Part shown: one piece after another, positions 23,756-35,579 of the stretch | Layout: every line of letters starts with the position of its first letter | Numbering within the stretch: the first letter of the stretch is position 1 | DNA from: Solirubrobacterales bacterium | Lineage (GTDB): Bacteria; Actinomycetota; Thermoleophilia; Solirubrobacterales; Solirubrobacteraceae | Direction: 5' to 3' | Length of the DNA stretch: 64,000 bases | Assembly (NCBI GenBank): GCA_038199185.1 | Contig: JBBPZE010000060.1 | Location: 5,066 to 69,065 of the forward strand | The notes under the pieces: generated by a model | Database searches by the model: none | The model's input: only the letters and a program-made list of their open reading frames with translations | Told to the model about the DNA's origin: nothing | Made by a program: the position numbers and the translations under genes

Positions 23756-25293
23756 TGCCGGAAGTGCCGGCGACGGGTGAACACCATCGCGATGCCGGCC
23801 TCGTCGGCCGCCGCGACGACATCGCCGTCGCGAACCGAGCCACCCGGCTGGATCACGGCCGTCACGCCTGCCTCGATGGCCAGCTCCGGGCCGTCGGCGA
23901 ACGGGAAGAACGCGTCGGACGCGAGCGCCGCGCCCCCCAGGTCCTGCTGCGCCTTCTCGACGGCCAGGCGCACCGAGTCCACGCGGCTCATCTGTCCCGC
24001 GCCGATTCCGACCGTGGCCAGGTCCTTGGCCAGCACGATCGCGTTGGAGCGAACGTGCCGGGCCACGCTCCAGGCGAAGAGCATGTCGCTCCACTCCGGT
24101 TCGGTCGGCGACCGCTGCGTGACGACCTCCATCGAGGTTCGCTCGTCCGCGCCGCTGTCAGCGTCCTGGACGAGCAGGCCGCCGAGCACCTGCTTGAGCT
24201 CGGGCTCGCCCGTGTTCGGCAGGCGCTGCTCGTCGTTCTGCAGGATGCGGATGTTCGGCTTCTGTGTGAGGACCTCGAGCGCGTCATCCTCGTAGCCCGG
24301 CGAGAGGATGACCTCCACGAACTGCGCGGAGATCGCCTCGGCGAGCTCGCGATCGATGGGCCGATTGACGGCGATCACCCCACCGAAGGCGCTCTGCGGG
24401 TCGGTGGCGAACGCGCGCCGGTAGGCGTCCAGCGGCGTGCTCCCCAGCGCCGCGCCGCACGGGTTGTTGTGCTTGACGATCACGCACGCCGGGGCATCGA
24501 AGCCCGCCACCAGCGCACGCGCCGCATCAAGGTCGAGCAGGTTGTTGAACGACAGCTGCTTGCCGTGGTGCTGGCGGACCATCGAGAGCAGGTGCATCCG
24601 CGCCCCCACCCGCTGGTAGTACGCGGCCCGCTGGTGGGGGTTCTCGCCGTAGGGCAGGTCGACGACCTTCTCGAACGCGCGCACGAGCAGCGGCGGGAAG
24701 TCCTCGCCCTTCTCGGCGAACCAGCGGGCGATCGCGGTGTCGTAGCGCGCGGTCAGCGCGAACGCGTCCCCCGCCAGGTGCTCGCGCGTCGGCATCGAGA
24801 GATGGGCGCCGGACGATCGCAGCTCCTCCATCACCGCGTCGTAGCTCTCGGGGCTCACCACCACCGCCGTGAATGCATGGTTCTTGGCGGCCGCCCGGAT
24901 CATCGTCGGCCCGCCGATGTCGATGTTCTCGATGATGTCCTCGTCAGCGGCGTCGCGGCGCGCCGCGGTCCGCTCGAACGGATAGAGGTTCACGCACACG
25001 AGATCGACCATCTCGACACCGTGGTGATCAGCCTGTTCGAGGTGCTCGGGGTTCGAGCGGACGGCGAGCAGACCCGCGTAGAGCTTGGGGTGCAACGTCT
25101 TGACGCGGCCGTCCATGATCTCCGGAAAGCCCGTGAAGTCCTCCACCGCCCACACCTCGAGGCCCGCCTCGCGCAGCGTCTGGGCCGTGCCCCCCGTGGA
25201 GATCAGCTCGATGCCGAGCTCCGCGAGGCCGCGAGCGAAGTCGACGATCCCGCGCTTGTCCGAAACCGAGAGAAGAGCGCGACGGACCCGCAC
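23752..25293 (-). CDS. purH: Bifunctional AICAR formyltransferase / IMP cyclohydrolase.
   Basis: RRALLSVSDKRGIVDFA, STGGTA, ...DAFFPFADG...HFRH. GTG 25293 gives 513 aa; the alternative ATG 25371 leaves only about 30 nt to the divergent gene. Confidence 0.9.
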   Translation of the reverse strand: MRVRRALLSVSDKRGIVDFARGLAELGIELISTGGTAQTLREAGLEVWAVEDFTGFPEIMDGRVKTLHPKLYAGLLAVRSNPEHLEQADHHGVEMVDLVCVNLYPFERTAARRDAADEDIIENIDIGGPTMIRAAAKNHAFTAVVVSPESYDAVMEELRSSGAHLSMPTREHLAGDAFALTARYDTAIARWFAEKGEDFPPLLVRAFEKVVDLPYGENPHQRAAYYQRVGARMHLLSMVRQHHGKQLSFNNLLDLDAARALVAGFDAPACVIVKHNNPCGAALGSTPLDAYRRAFATDPQSAFGGVIAVNRPIDRELAEAISAQFVEVILSPGYEDDALEVLTQKPNIRILQNDEQRLPNTGEPELKQVLGGLLVQDADSGADERTSMEVVTQRSPTEPEWSDMLFAWSVARHVRSNAIVLAKDLATVGIGAGQMSRVDSVRLAVEKAQQDLGGAALASDAFFPFADGPELAIEAGVTAVIQPGGSVRDGDVVAAADEAGIAMVFTRRRHFRH

Positions 25294-25402
25294 GTCGCCG
25301 GGGGCTATCCCCCCGGGACCCGGCGGATCGAACGATTCGGTGGCGGGGGGCTCGGAGATGAGAGCGAGCATAAACGGCGGCCCTCCCGGGAAGCCCGTAC
25401 CC

Positions 25403-25663
25403 ATGGACTCTGACCCGGAGAAGGCCATCGAACGCGACGCCGACGAGCTCGAGCAGCGGGTCGAGCGACTGGGCGAGCACATCGACGAGGCGAAGGATCA
25501 CCTCGAACAGCGCGCCAAGGACGCTCAGCGCCTTGGTCAGGCGGAGGACGTCGCCGGCGACTGGGACCAGACCGACGACCAGGCGGGCGGCGAGGACCCG
25601 GTCGGCGCCCACACCGAGCACGACGAGGCCTCCGAGGACGAACGGCCCGGCAACGGCGGGTAG
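25403..25663 (+). CDS. Small acidic coiled-coil protein, hypothetical.
   Basis: 86 aa, MDSDPEKAIERDADELEQRVERLGEHIDEAKDHLEQRAKD... GC3 is high in this frame. Confidence 0.5.
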   Translation: MDSDPEKAIERDADELEQRVERLGEHIDEAKDHLEQRAKDAQRLGQAEDVAGDWDQTDDQAGGEDPVGAHTEHDEASEDERPGNGG

Positions 25664-26262
25664 TCAGCCCACGAGCAGCCGCCGTGGGTTCGACGGGTCG
25701 CGCCGCACCGCTCCGCGGGCGATCATCCGGACCGCCTCGGGCAGCAGGGCGTGCTCGAGCGGTCGCAGGCGATCGTGCACGAGAGCGGGATCGGACGCGT
25801 CGGGGATCTCGATCGCGGCCTGCAGGAGGATCGGCCCGGTGTCGACACCCTCGTCGACGAGGTGAACGGTCACGCCGAAGACCTTCACGCCGTAGCGCAC
25901 GGCCTGCCCGATCGCGTCGACACCGGGAAAGGCCGGCAGCAGCGCGGGGTGGACGTTGACCACGCGGTCGGGGAACCGGGCCAGGAAGGTTCCGCTGAGC
26001 AGTTGCATGTAACCCGCGAGGACAACCAGGCCGACGCCGTTGCCCACCAGCCAGTCGGCCATCGCGCTGTCGCGCGCCTCGCGGTCGGCGAACGCCTCGC
26101 GGCCGAACACGCGCGTCGACACGCCGAGGCGTGCGGCGCGATCCAGGGCCGGTGCGCCGGCCCTGTCGCTGGCCACCGCCGTGACCTCGACCTCGCGGCC
26201 GTGCACGGTGTCGAGCAGCGCCTGGAGGTTGGTCCCGGCGCCGGACGCCAGGACGCCGAGCT

Positions 26263-26266
<4 letters not shown>
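25664..26266 (-). CDS. purN: Phosphoribosylglycinamide formyltransferase.
   Basis: LGVLASGAGTNLQAL, NVHPALLPAFPG, VHLVDEGVDTGPIL. The GTG start overlaps the recQ stop (GTGA). Confidence 0.9.
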
Positions 26267-28080
<1,814 letters not shown>

Positions 28081-28124
28081 AGCGACGCGGGCGGCCGCAT
28101 CGGCCGGCCTGTGCAGAGTCGTTG

Positions 28125-28138
28125 CGAAGCGCGGTTCG
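28125..28138. promoter_or_regulatory. SOS-box-like palindrome upstream of recQ, with one mismatch.
   Basis: CGAAG-CGCG-GTTCG (minus strand: CGAAC-CGCG-CTTCG). It lies 45-60 nt upstream of the recQ start. Confidence 0.25.
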
Positions 28139-28162
28139 CGCGGTGGGAAACGAGGACCTGCG

Positions 28163-29614
28163 CTACGCGTGGACGACCGGCAGCTCGAGGGCGTACTTGC
28201 CGTCGCCCTCGGCCAGCGCGAGCGGATACTCCCCCGAGAAGCAGGCGTCGCAGTGCTCGCCACGGTCGCCGCCGATCGCCTCGTAGACGCCGGCGAGCGA
28301 GAGGTAGGCGAGCGAGTCGCAGCCGAGCTCGGCGGCGACCTCGTCGACCGTCCGGTTGTGGGCGATCATCTCCTCGCGCGTGGACATGTCGATCCCGTAG
28401 TGGCAGGGATGCTTGATCGGGGGGGCGCTGATTCGCAGGTGGACCTCGCGCGCACCGGCATCGCGCAGCATCTGGACGATCTGGCGGGTCGTGTTGCCGC
28501 GCACGATGGAGTCGTCGACGACCACCAGCGAGCGGCCGGCGACGATCTCGGGCAGCGGGTTGAACTTCAGGCGCAGGCCCTGCTTGCGCAGCTCCTGCCC
28601 GGGCTGGATGAACGTCCGCGCCACGTAGCGGTTCTTGACGAACCCGTCGTCGGTCGGCAGGCCCGCGCCGCGCGAGTAGCCACGGGCGGCGGCGTTGCCC
28701 GAGTCCGGGACGGGGATGACCAGGTCGGCACCGGGCGCCGGGGCCTCGCGGGCGAGGATCTCGCCCATCCGCCCGCGCGCGGCCTGCAGCGACTGGCCGC
28801 CCATGCGCGAGTCGGGCCGCGCGAAGTAGATGTACTCGAAGACGCAGAACGCCCGGCGGCTGCCCTCCACGGCGATCCGCGACTCGAGGCCGCGCGCGCT
28901 CAGCGAGACGACCTCGCCCGGCTCGACGTCGCGCAGCAGCGTCGCGCCGATGATGTCCAGCGCGCAAGACTCGCTGGCCACGCAGTAGCGGTCGCCGAGC
29001 TGGCCGATGACCAGGGGGCGCAGGCCGGCCGGATCGCGGAACGCCACCACCCGGTCGTTGGTCATGACGACCGTCGAGAAGGCGCCGTGCATGCGGGGCA
29101 TGACGTCGGCGACCGCGTCCTGCACGGAATCGAGCTCGTGGGTGGCCAGGAGCGCGGCGATGATCTCGGAGTCCGACGTCGAGCGGAACGCCACGCCCGC
29201 CTCGCGCAGCTCGGAGTGCAGCTCGACCGCGTTGACCAGGTTGCCGTTGTGGGCCAGCGCGATCTCGCGGCGGTTGCCGCCGTCGCCCGCCGACCGGTGT
29301 ACGGGCTGGGAGTTCTCCCAGGCGCTCGAGCCGGTCGTCGAATAGCGCACGTGCCCGATGGCGAGGTCGCCGGCGAGCGTGCGCAGGTCGTGCTCGGTGA
29401 ACACCTGGCTGACCAGGCCCTGGTTGCGCAGCGTCATGACGTGCCCGCCCTGGTCGGCAGCGGCGATCCCGGCCGACTCCTGACCGCGGTGCTGCAGGGC
29501 GTATAGCGCGAAATAGGCGAGTCGCGAGACGTCGTGCTCGGGTCCGTAGATACCGAAGACGCCACACTCGTCGCGGGGTCCATCGCGCGGGTCGAAGAGA
29601 GGTAGAGGCTGCAT
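28163..29614 (-). CDS. purF: Amidophosphoribosyltransferase.
   Basis: MQPLPLFDPRDGPRDE propeptide followed by CGVFGIYG (Ntn Cys). PRPP loop VVVDDSIVRGNT. C-terminal Cys residues are present. Confidence 0.9.
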   Translation of the reverse strand: MQPLPLFDPRDGPRDECGVFGIYGPEHDVSRLAYFALYALQHRGQESAGIAAADQGGHVMTLRNQGLVSQVFTEHDLRTLAGDLAIGHVRYSTTGSSAWENSQPVHRSAGDGGNRREIALAHNGNLVNAVELHSELREAGVAFRSTSDSEIIAALLATHELDSVQDAVADVMPRMHGAFSTVVMTNDRVVAFRDPAGLRPLVIGQLGDRYCVASESCALDIIGATLLRDVEPGEVVSLSARGLESRIAVEGSRRAFCVFEYIYFARPDSRMGGQSLQAARGRMGEILAREAPAPGADLVIPVPDSGNAAARGYSRGAGLPTDDGFVKNRYVARTFIQPGQELRKQGLRLKFNPLPEIVAGRSLVVVDDSIVRGNTTRQIVQMLRDAGAREVHLRISAPPIKHPCHYGIDMSTREEMIAHNRTVDEVAAELGCDSLAYLSLAGVYEAIGGDRGEHCDACFSGEYPLALAEGDGKYALELPVVHA

Positions 29615-29756
29615 GGCAGCGACTTGAGCGAGTGTAGCGTCGGGGTCGGGCGGAGCCGTGGCGGCTCGGGCCGCCCCCCGGCTTGGGGGCGCCGTCCTGC
29701 TTGAAGGTCCTCTGGCCACCTCTATCCAGGACGGGACGCGGCGAAACCGCGGGCGA

Positions 29757-31976
29757 TCACGGAAACAGCGGCGCGAGCGCGGCGTGGGCCTCGCGAAGCG
29801 AGGCGAGCGTCCAGGAGACGCCGACGGCCTCGAGGGCGTCGCCGCCGACCGTGCCGATGATGCGCGCGTCCGGCAGCGCCCGCAGCGCGTCGCGAGAGCC
29901 CGACACGACGAACCCCCCGGTCCCCTCGCCGAAGAGCAGATCCTCCGCGTCGCCGCCCAGGTCCAGGCGCGCGCCGATCCCTCCCGCCAGGCGCGCGCCG
30001 ATCCCTCCCTGCCGGCCCCCGCCGATCCCTCCCGCCAGGCACGACTCGGCCACCGCGACGAGCACACCGCCCTCGGCGACGTCGTGGGCGCTGGCGAGGA
30101 CTCCCGCTCGCACGGCGTCGCGGATCGCCTCCTGGACCCCCCGGACCACGGCCACGTCGGTCTCGGGCAGCTCGCCCGGCAGGGCCTCGCCGCGCAGCTT
30201 GGCCAGCTCGGATCCGGGCACCCGCGGGGAGAACGCGCCCACCAGGGCGATGGCGTCGCCCTCGCGACAAAAGCCGAGGCGGCCCGCGGCGCGCGGATTG
30301 GGGAGCTCGCCTACGAGCCCGACCACGGGCGTCGGGTAGATCGGGCCGTCGGCTCCCTCGTTATAGAGCGAGACGTTGCCCCCCACCACGGGGATGCCGA
30401 GCGCCCGGCAGGCGTCCCCGAGGCCGCGTATCGATTCGGTCAGCTGCCAGGCGATGTGGGGCTTCTCCGGGTTGCCGAAGTTCAGGCAGTTGGTCAGGCC
30501 CAACGGCTCGGCCCCGACGCACGCGAGGTTCGCGGCGCACTCCAGGACGGCCTCCACCGTCCCCCGGTAGGGGTCGATCGCGACGCGGCGCCCGCTGCCG
30601 TCGATCGACACGCCGATCCCCCGGCCGTTGGGCAGCGCGAGCACCGCGGCGTCGGCCTGCTCGGGGCGCCGCGCGGTGCGGGCGCCGACCAGGCAGTCGT
30701 ACTGCTCGAACAGCGGGCGCCGCGAGGCGATGTTGGGCGAGGCCAGCAGCGCGAGGAGGATCTCGCGCACGGACCGGCCGCCTTCGAGGATCGCCCGGGG
30801 CGCTGCATAAATGGGCGCGGAGGGGGGTTCGGGAGCGAGGTCGTAGAGCGGGCAGTCGTCGACCAGGGCCTCGACGGGGATGTCGCCCACGACCTCGTCG
30901 CCGCGCAGGATGCGCATGCGGCGGGTGGCGGTGACCTGCCCGACGACGGTGCCGTGCACCTCCCACTTCTCACACACGCGGAGCACCTCGTCCACGCGCC
31001 CGGGCTCGGCGACGCACAGCATCCGCTCCTGGGACTCCGAGACCATTATCTCGAAGGGCGCCATGTCGTCCTCGCGCAGCGGCACGCATGCGACGTCGAG
31101 GTCAATGCCGACCCCGCCGGCGCTGGCCATCTCGCTGGCGCTCGACGTCAGCCCCGCCGCGCCCAGGTCTTGCAACGACACCAGGAGCCGGCGCTCGAGC
31201 AGCTCGAGCGAGCACTCGATCAGCTTGTTCTCGGTGAACGGGTCACCGACCTGGACCGACGGGCGCTTGGAGTCGTCGTCGTCCTCGAGCTCGGCGGAGG
31301 CGAGCACGGACGCGCCGCCGATCCCGTCGCGGCCGGTGGAGGCGCCGAACAGGATGACCGGGTTGCCGACGCCGGCGGCCGCGCTGCGGATCATGTCGTC
31401 GCGGCGGGCGAGGCCGAGCGCCATCGCGTTGACCAGGCAGTTGGTCTCGTAGGGGCCTTCGAAGTAGACCTCGCCGCCGACCGTCGGCACGCCCACGCTG
31501 TTGCCGTAGTGGCCGATGCCGGCGACCGCGCGATCGAGCAGGTAGCGCGACCGCTCCGAGGTCGGCTCGCCGAAGCGCAAGGAGTCGAGCACGGCGATCG
31601 GCCGCGCGCCGATCGCGAAGATGTCGCGCAGGATGCCGCCTACGCCGGTGGCCGCTCCCTGGAATGGCTCGACCGCGCTCGGGTGGTTGTGGGACTCGAC
31701 CTTGAACGCAACCGCCCAGCCGTCGCCGACGTCCACCGCCCCCGCGTTCTCCCCGGGGCCCATCACGACCCGCGCGCCCTCCGTGGGGAGCGTGCGCAGC
31801 AGCCGCTTGGAGTGCTTGTAGGCGCAATGCTCGCTCCACAGGAGGCTGAACATCGCCAGCTCGACCTCGTTGGGCTCCCGCGCGAGCTTCTCGCACACCA
31901 GCGCGTACTCTTCCCGGGTCAGGCCCAGCGCGACGGCCCGCCCGACGCCGGGGACGGCCGCGGTCTCAGCGGGCAA
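29757..31976 (-). CDS. purL: Phosphoribosylformylglycinamidine synthase subunit PurL.
   Basis: [17 protein letters not shown], and AIR-synthase-like duplicated domains. 739 aa. Confidence 0.9.
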   Translation of the reverse strand: MPAETAAVPGVGRAVALGLTREEYALVCEKLAREPNEVELAMFSLLWSEHCAYKHSKRLLRTLPTEGARVVMGPGENAGAVDVGDGWAVAFKVESHNHPSAVEPFQGAATGVGGILRDIFAIGARPIAVLDSLRFGEPTSERSRYLLDRAVAGIGHYGNSVGVPTVGGEVYFEGPYETNCLVNAMALGLARRDDMIRSAAAGVGNPVILFGASTGRDGIGGASVLASAELEDDDDSKRPSVQVGDPFTENKLIECSLELLERRLLVSLQDLGAAGLTSSASEMASAGGVGIDLDVACVPLREDDMAPFEIMVSESQERMLCVAEPGRVDEVLRVCEKWEVHGTVVGQVTATRRMRILRGDEVVGDIPVEALVDDCPLYDLAPEPPSAPIYAAPRAILEGGRSVREILLALLASPNIASRRPLFEQYDCLVGARTARRPEQADAAVLALPNGRGIGVSIDGSGRRVAIDPYRGTVEAVLECAANLACVGAEPLGLTNCLNFGNPEKPHIAWQLTESIRGLGDACRALGIPVVGGNVSLYNEGADGPIYPTPVVGLVGELPNPRAAGRLGFCREGDAIALVGAFSPRVPGSELAKLRGEALPGELPETDVAVVRGVQEAIRDAVRAGVLASAHDVAEGGVLVAVAESCLAGGIGGGRQGGIGARLAGGIGARLDLGGDAEDLLFGEGTGGFVVSGSRDALRALPDARIIGTVGGDALEAVGVSWTLASLREAHAALAPLFP
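29964..30035. repeat. Three in-frame 24-nt tandem repeats inside purL.
   Basis: Units are caggcgcgcgccgatccctcccgc, caggcgcgcgccgatccctccctg and ccggcccccgccgatccctcccgc. They encode [24 protein letters not shown]. Confidence 0.85.
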
Positions 31977-32610
31977 GCGCGCCCTCGGCGGCCGATTCGA
32001 ACAGCTTCATTCCGTCCTCCGAGCCGTGCAGCAGGTCGACCGCGTGCTCGGGGTGCGGCATGAGGCCCACGACGTTGCCGGCCTCGTTGGCCACCCCCGC
32101 GATGTCCTCCTGCGAGCCGTTGGGATTGGCGCCTCGCGTGTAGCGAAAGACGACGCGGACCGGGTCGGGGCAGTAATACCGGCCGGTCGTGTGCTTGACC
32201 GGAACGGAGAGCTCCTCGTCGCGGGCGCACGCGCGCGTGAAGGCGGTCTCGTCGTCGACGACCACGATGCCCACCTGGCGGCAGACGAAGCGCAGCGACG
32301 CGTTGGGCAGCAGCGCCCCCGGGAGCAGCCCCGCCTCACACAGCACCTGAAAGCCGTTGCAGATCCCCAACACCGGCCCCCCGTCGCGGGCGAACGCGGC
32401 CACCTCCTGCATGACGGGCGAGAAGCGGGCGATCGAGCCGACCCGCAGGTAGTCGCCGAAGGAGAACCCGCCCGGGACCACCACGGCGTCGACCCCTCCG
32501 AGATCGTGGTCGCCGTGCCACAGGAGCTGCGCCTCTCCGACGCGCTCGCACGCCGCGATCGCGTCGACCTCGTCGCAGGACCCCGGGAACTGGACGACGC
32601 CGAACCTCAC
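31966..32610 (-). CDS. purQ: Phosphoribosylformylglycinamidine synthase, glutaminase subunit PurQ.
   Basis: [27 protein letters not shown]. The GTG start overlaps the purS stop (GTGA). Confidence 0.9.
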   Translation of the reverse strand: MRFGVVQFPGSCDEVDAIAACERVGEAQLLWHGDHDLGGVDAVVVPGGFSFGDYLRVGSIARFSPVMQEVAAFARDGGPVLGICNGFQVLCEAGLLPGALLPNASLRFVCRQVGIVVVDDETAFTRACARDEELSVPVKHTTGRYYCPDPVRVVFRYTRGANPNGSQEDIAGVANEAGNVVGLMPHPEHAVDLLHGSEDGMKLFESAAEGALAR

Positions 32611-32837
32611 GAGGGCTCGAGGATCTCGATCTCGTAGTCCTCGATCAGGGTGTTGGCCAGGAGCTTCTGACACAGGGAGTGCAGCTGCGCCTCGTCGCCC
32701 ACGTCGAGCTCGATCATCCGGCCGACGTGGACGTTGCCCGCATCCGCGAAGCCGAGCGCCGGGAGCGCGCGCTCGACGGCCGTTCCCTGCGGGTCGAGGA
32801 TGCCGGCCTTCGGGCGCACGAGCACACGTGCCCTCAC
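32607..32837 (-). CDS. purS: PurS subunit of FGAM synthase.
   Basis: VRARVLVRPKAGILDPQGTAVERAL... GTG 32837 forms a GTGA overlap with the purC stop. The track start at 32861 is the alternative. Confidence 0.8.
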   Translation of the reverse strand: MRARVLVRPKAGILDPQGTAVERALPALGFADAGNVHVGRMIELDVGDEAQLHSLCQKLLANTLIEDYEIEILEPS

Positions 32838-33712
32838 GAGGGCGCGGTCCGATCGAGCCACGCCGCGAACGGCTCTCCCGTGAGGCGCTCGTAGGCCTCG
32901 ACGTACAGCGCACGCGTCCGGTCGACGACCTCGGGCGGGACCTCCGGAGCAGGCGGGGCCTTGTCCCAGCCGGTGCCCGCCGCCCAGTCGCGCACGAACT
33001 GCTTGTCATAGCTGGGCTGGCTCCGGCCGGCCTGGAAGCCGTCGGCCGGCCAGAAGCGCGAGGAGTCGGGGGTCAGGACCTCGTCGCCGACGGTCAGCAC
33101 GTCGTCGTCGTCCAGGCCGAACTCGAACTTCGTGTCCGCCAGGATCACCCCCCGGGCCGCGGCGTGCTCGGCCGCGTGGGAGTAGAGGGCGATCGAGACG
33201 TCGCGCAGCTGCCCCATCAGATCCCGGTCGCCCACCTCGGCGGCCGCCTGATCGAAGGAGATGGTCTCGTCGTGGCCCTCCTGCGCCTTGGTCGAGGGCG
33301 TGAAGATCGGCGTCGGCAGCTTCTCGGACTCCTGCAGGCCGGGCGGCAGCCCGATCCCGCTGACCGCGCCCGTCGCCTGGTAGTCCTTCCACCCCGAGCC
33401 GGTGATGTAGCCGCGCACGACGCACTCCACCGGCAGCATCCGCAGCTTGCGCGCGACGATCGCGCGACCGCGTACCTGGTCGGGAACGCCCTGGGTGGCG
33501 CTCTCGAAGTGGTTGGGAACGATGTGCCCGGTCCGCGAGAACCAGAACACGGAGAGCCCGGTTAGCACCTTGCCCTTGTCCGGGATCGGGTTGGGGTGGA
33601 CGACGTCGTAGGTCGAGATCCGGTCCGAGGCCACCATCAGCAGGCGGTCCCCCATGTCGTACATCTCGCGGACCTTGCCCGAGGCGAGGAGGGGCAGGTC
33701 GACAGCGGCCAC
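32834..33712 (-). CDS. purC: SAICAR synthase.
   Basis: LLASGKVREMYD, LMVASDRISTYD, ILADTKFEFG. Confidence 0.9.
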   Translation of the reverse strand: MAAVDLPLLASGKVREMYDMGDRLLMVASDRISTYDVVHPNPIPDKGKVLTGLSVFWFSRTGHIVPNHFESATQGVPDQVRGRAIVARKLRMLPVECVVRGYITGSGWKDYQATGAVSGIGLPPGLQESEKLPTPIFTPSTKAQEGHDETISFDQAAAEVGDRDLMGQLRDVSIALYSHAAEHAAARGVILADTKFEFGLDDDDVLTVGDEVLTPDSSRFWPADGFQAGRSQPSYDKQFVRDWAAGTGWDKAPPAPEVPPEVVDRTRALYVEAYERLTGEPFAAWLDRTAPS

Positions 33713-33757
33713 GGGCGCGATGCTACCAGCGGGTTATGTCGCCCCGGGTGGGCGGCT

Positions 33758-35038
33758 TCACCGCGGGCTGATCGCGTCCAGGCGGCCGACGATCTCGGCC
33801 GCGTGTCGCGTGTAGGCGTTGTAGTCGAAGACCGTGTCGAGGTCGAGCCCGAGCTGCTGGGAGTCGAGCAGGTCGCGCAGCGGGACGCCTCGATCCCACG
33901 CCTCCTGGGCGGACTCCTGGAGGATGCGGTAGGCGTCGTCGCGCTGCATGCCGCCCTCGACGAGGGCGAGCAGGGCGCGCTGGCTGAACAGCGCGCCGTG
34001 GGTGATCTCGAGGTTGGCCCGCATGCGGTCCTCGTGGACCACCAACCCGGAGACGACGCGCACCGCCAGCGACTGCATGTAGTCCAGGAGGATGGTTGCG
34101 TCGGGAAGCGCGACGCGCTCGGCCCCGGAGTGCGAGATGTCGCGCTCGTGCCACAGCGCCACGTTCTCGACACCGGCCGTCGCGTAGCCGCGCAGCAGCC
34201 GGGCGAGGCCGGTGATGCGCTCCGTGGCGATCGGGTTGCGCTTGTGGGGCATCGCGCTGGAGCCCTTCTGCCGCCCGGACCGAAACGGCTCCTCGACCTC
34301 GCGCACCTCGGTGCGCTGGAGGTGGCGGATCTCGGTGGCCAGGCGCTCGAGCCCGGCGCCCGCCAGCGCGATCGCCTGGAGCAGCTCGGCGTGGCGGTCG
34401 CGCGGGACGACCTGCGTCGAGATGTCCTCGCGCCGCAGGCCGAGCGCGTCGAGCACCCGGGCCTCGAAGTCGGGGCCCAGCGACGCGTAGGTGCCGACGG
34501 CCCCGCTCAGCGCGCCGACCGACGCGCGCGCGAACGCCTGCTCGAGGCGCCCGGCGTTGCGGTGCGCCTCGAACGCGAAGCCGGCGAGCTTGATCCCGAA
34601 CGTCGTGGGCTCGGCGTGCACGCCATGGGTGCGCCCCACGCAAACGGTGTCGCGATGGGCTCGCGCCTGGGCGATCAGCGCCTCGGTCAGCTCTCGCGCC
34701 CCGCGCAGCACGATCTCGCCGGCCGCCCGGATCTGGAGGCCCAGCGCGGTGTCGAGCACGTCCGAGCTGGTGAGGCCGAAGTGGATCCAGCGCCCGGCCT
34801 CCCCGGCGCTCGCGCTGAGCACGTCGACGAACGCGGCGACGTCGTGATCGGTCACCCGTTCGCGCTCGAAGACGGACTCGACGTCGAAGGTCGCGCCGCG
34901 AATCGACTCGATGTCGTCCTTCGTGGGGCCCTGGGCGAGCCCCTCGGCCGCCGCGACCTCGACGCGCCGCCAGGTCTCCATGCGCGTCTCGTCGGTCCAT
35001 ACCGCCCCGATCTCCGGCCGGGTGTAGCGGGCGATCAC
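33758..35038 (-). CDS. purB: Adenylosuccinate lyase.
   Basis: MIARYTRPEIGAVW, and the fumarate-lyase signature GSSAMPHKRNP. Confidence 0.9.
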   Translation of the reverse strand: MIARYTRPEIGAVWTDETRMETWRRVEVAAAEGLAQGPTKDDIESIRGATFDVESVFERERVTDHDVAAFVDVLSASAGEAGRWIHFGLTSSDVLDTALGLQIRAAGEIVLRGARELTEALIAQARAHRDTVCVGRTHGVHAEPTTFGIKLAGFAFEAHRNAGRLEQAFARASVGALSGAVGTYASLGPDFEARVLDALGLRREDISTQVVPRDRHAELLQAIALAGAGLERLATEIRHLQRTEVREVEEPFRSGRQKGSSAMPHKRNPIATERITGLARLLRGYATAGVENVALWHERDISHSGAERVALPDATILLDYMQSLAVRVVSGLVVHEDRMRANLEITHGALFSQRALLALVEGGMQRDDAYRILQESAQEAWDRGVPLRDLLDSQQLGLDLDTVFDYNAYTRHAAEIVGRLDAISPR

Positions 35039-35054
35039 GCCGGACCCGTGGGGC

Positions 35055-35579
35055 TCACGCGTTGAGGATGCGCAGCGCGAGGTGCGCCGCGTTGCGCGGG
35101 TTGTCCAGGCCCACCGCCGCGACCGGCACGCCCGGCGGCATCTGAATCACCGACAGGATCGCGTCGAGGCCCCCCGCCGCCGACAGCCGCGAGGAGAGCG
35201 GGACGCCGATGACCGGCAGATCGGTGTGCGCGGCGGCGACGCCGGGCAGCGCCGCGGACAGGCCGGCCCCGGCGATCAGGACCCGCAGGCCGCGCATCCG
35301 CGCGTTGCGGCAGTAGTCGGCCACGACGTCGGGCTCACGGTGGGCGGACATGACGCGGATCTCGTAGAGCACGCCGGCCTCGTGCAGGACGTCGCCGGCC
35401 TTCTGCATCTCGTCCATGTCGGACTTCGACCCCATGATGATCCCGACACGAGGAGCATCGGCGGCCATCCCGTCGAGGTTCTCCAGGGTCTCGGCCTGCG
35501 CTTCGGTCTCGGCCTGGACCTCGGGCTCGGGCTCGGGCTGGTTGGGGGTCTCCGTCTGGATCGAGGGCTGCTCGGTCAT
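35055..35579 (-). CDS. purE: N5-CAIR mutase, with a low-complexity N-terminal extension.
   Basis: [36 protein letters not shown]. Confidence 0.9.
   Translation of the reverse strand: MTEQPSIQTETPNQPEPEPEVQAETEAQAETLENLDGMAADAPRVGIIMGSKSDMDEMQKAGDVLHEAGVLYEIRVMSAHREPDVVADYCRNARMRGLRVLIAGAGLSAALPGVAAAHTDLPVIGVPLSSRLSAAGGLDAILSVIQMPPGVPVAAVGLDNPRNAAHLALRILNA

Noticed and set aside
29964-30035. Regularly spaced 24-nt repeats, considered as a possible mini CRISPR or iteron array.
   Set aside because: The units are contiguous with no spacers, in frame, and lie inside the conserved purL coding sequence.
31966-33009. Long N-terminal extensions on the track ORFs for purQ (347 aa), purN (370 aa), hspR (384 aa), nth (408 aa), SnoaL-like (444 aa), argF (586 aa) and recQ/purF.
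   Set aside because: The extensions are Arg/Pro-rich and overlap upstream genes. In each case an internal ATG/GTG/TTG forms a 4-nt ATGA/GTGA-type overlap with the upstream stop and matches the expected family N-terminus.
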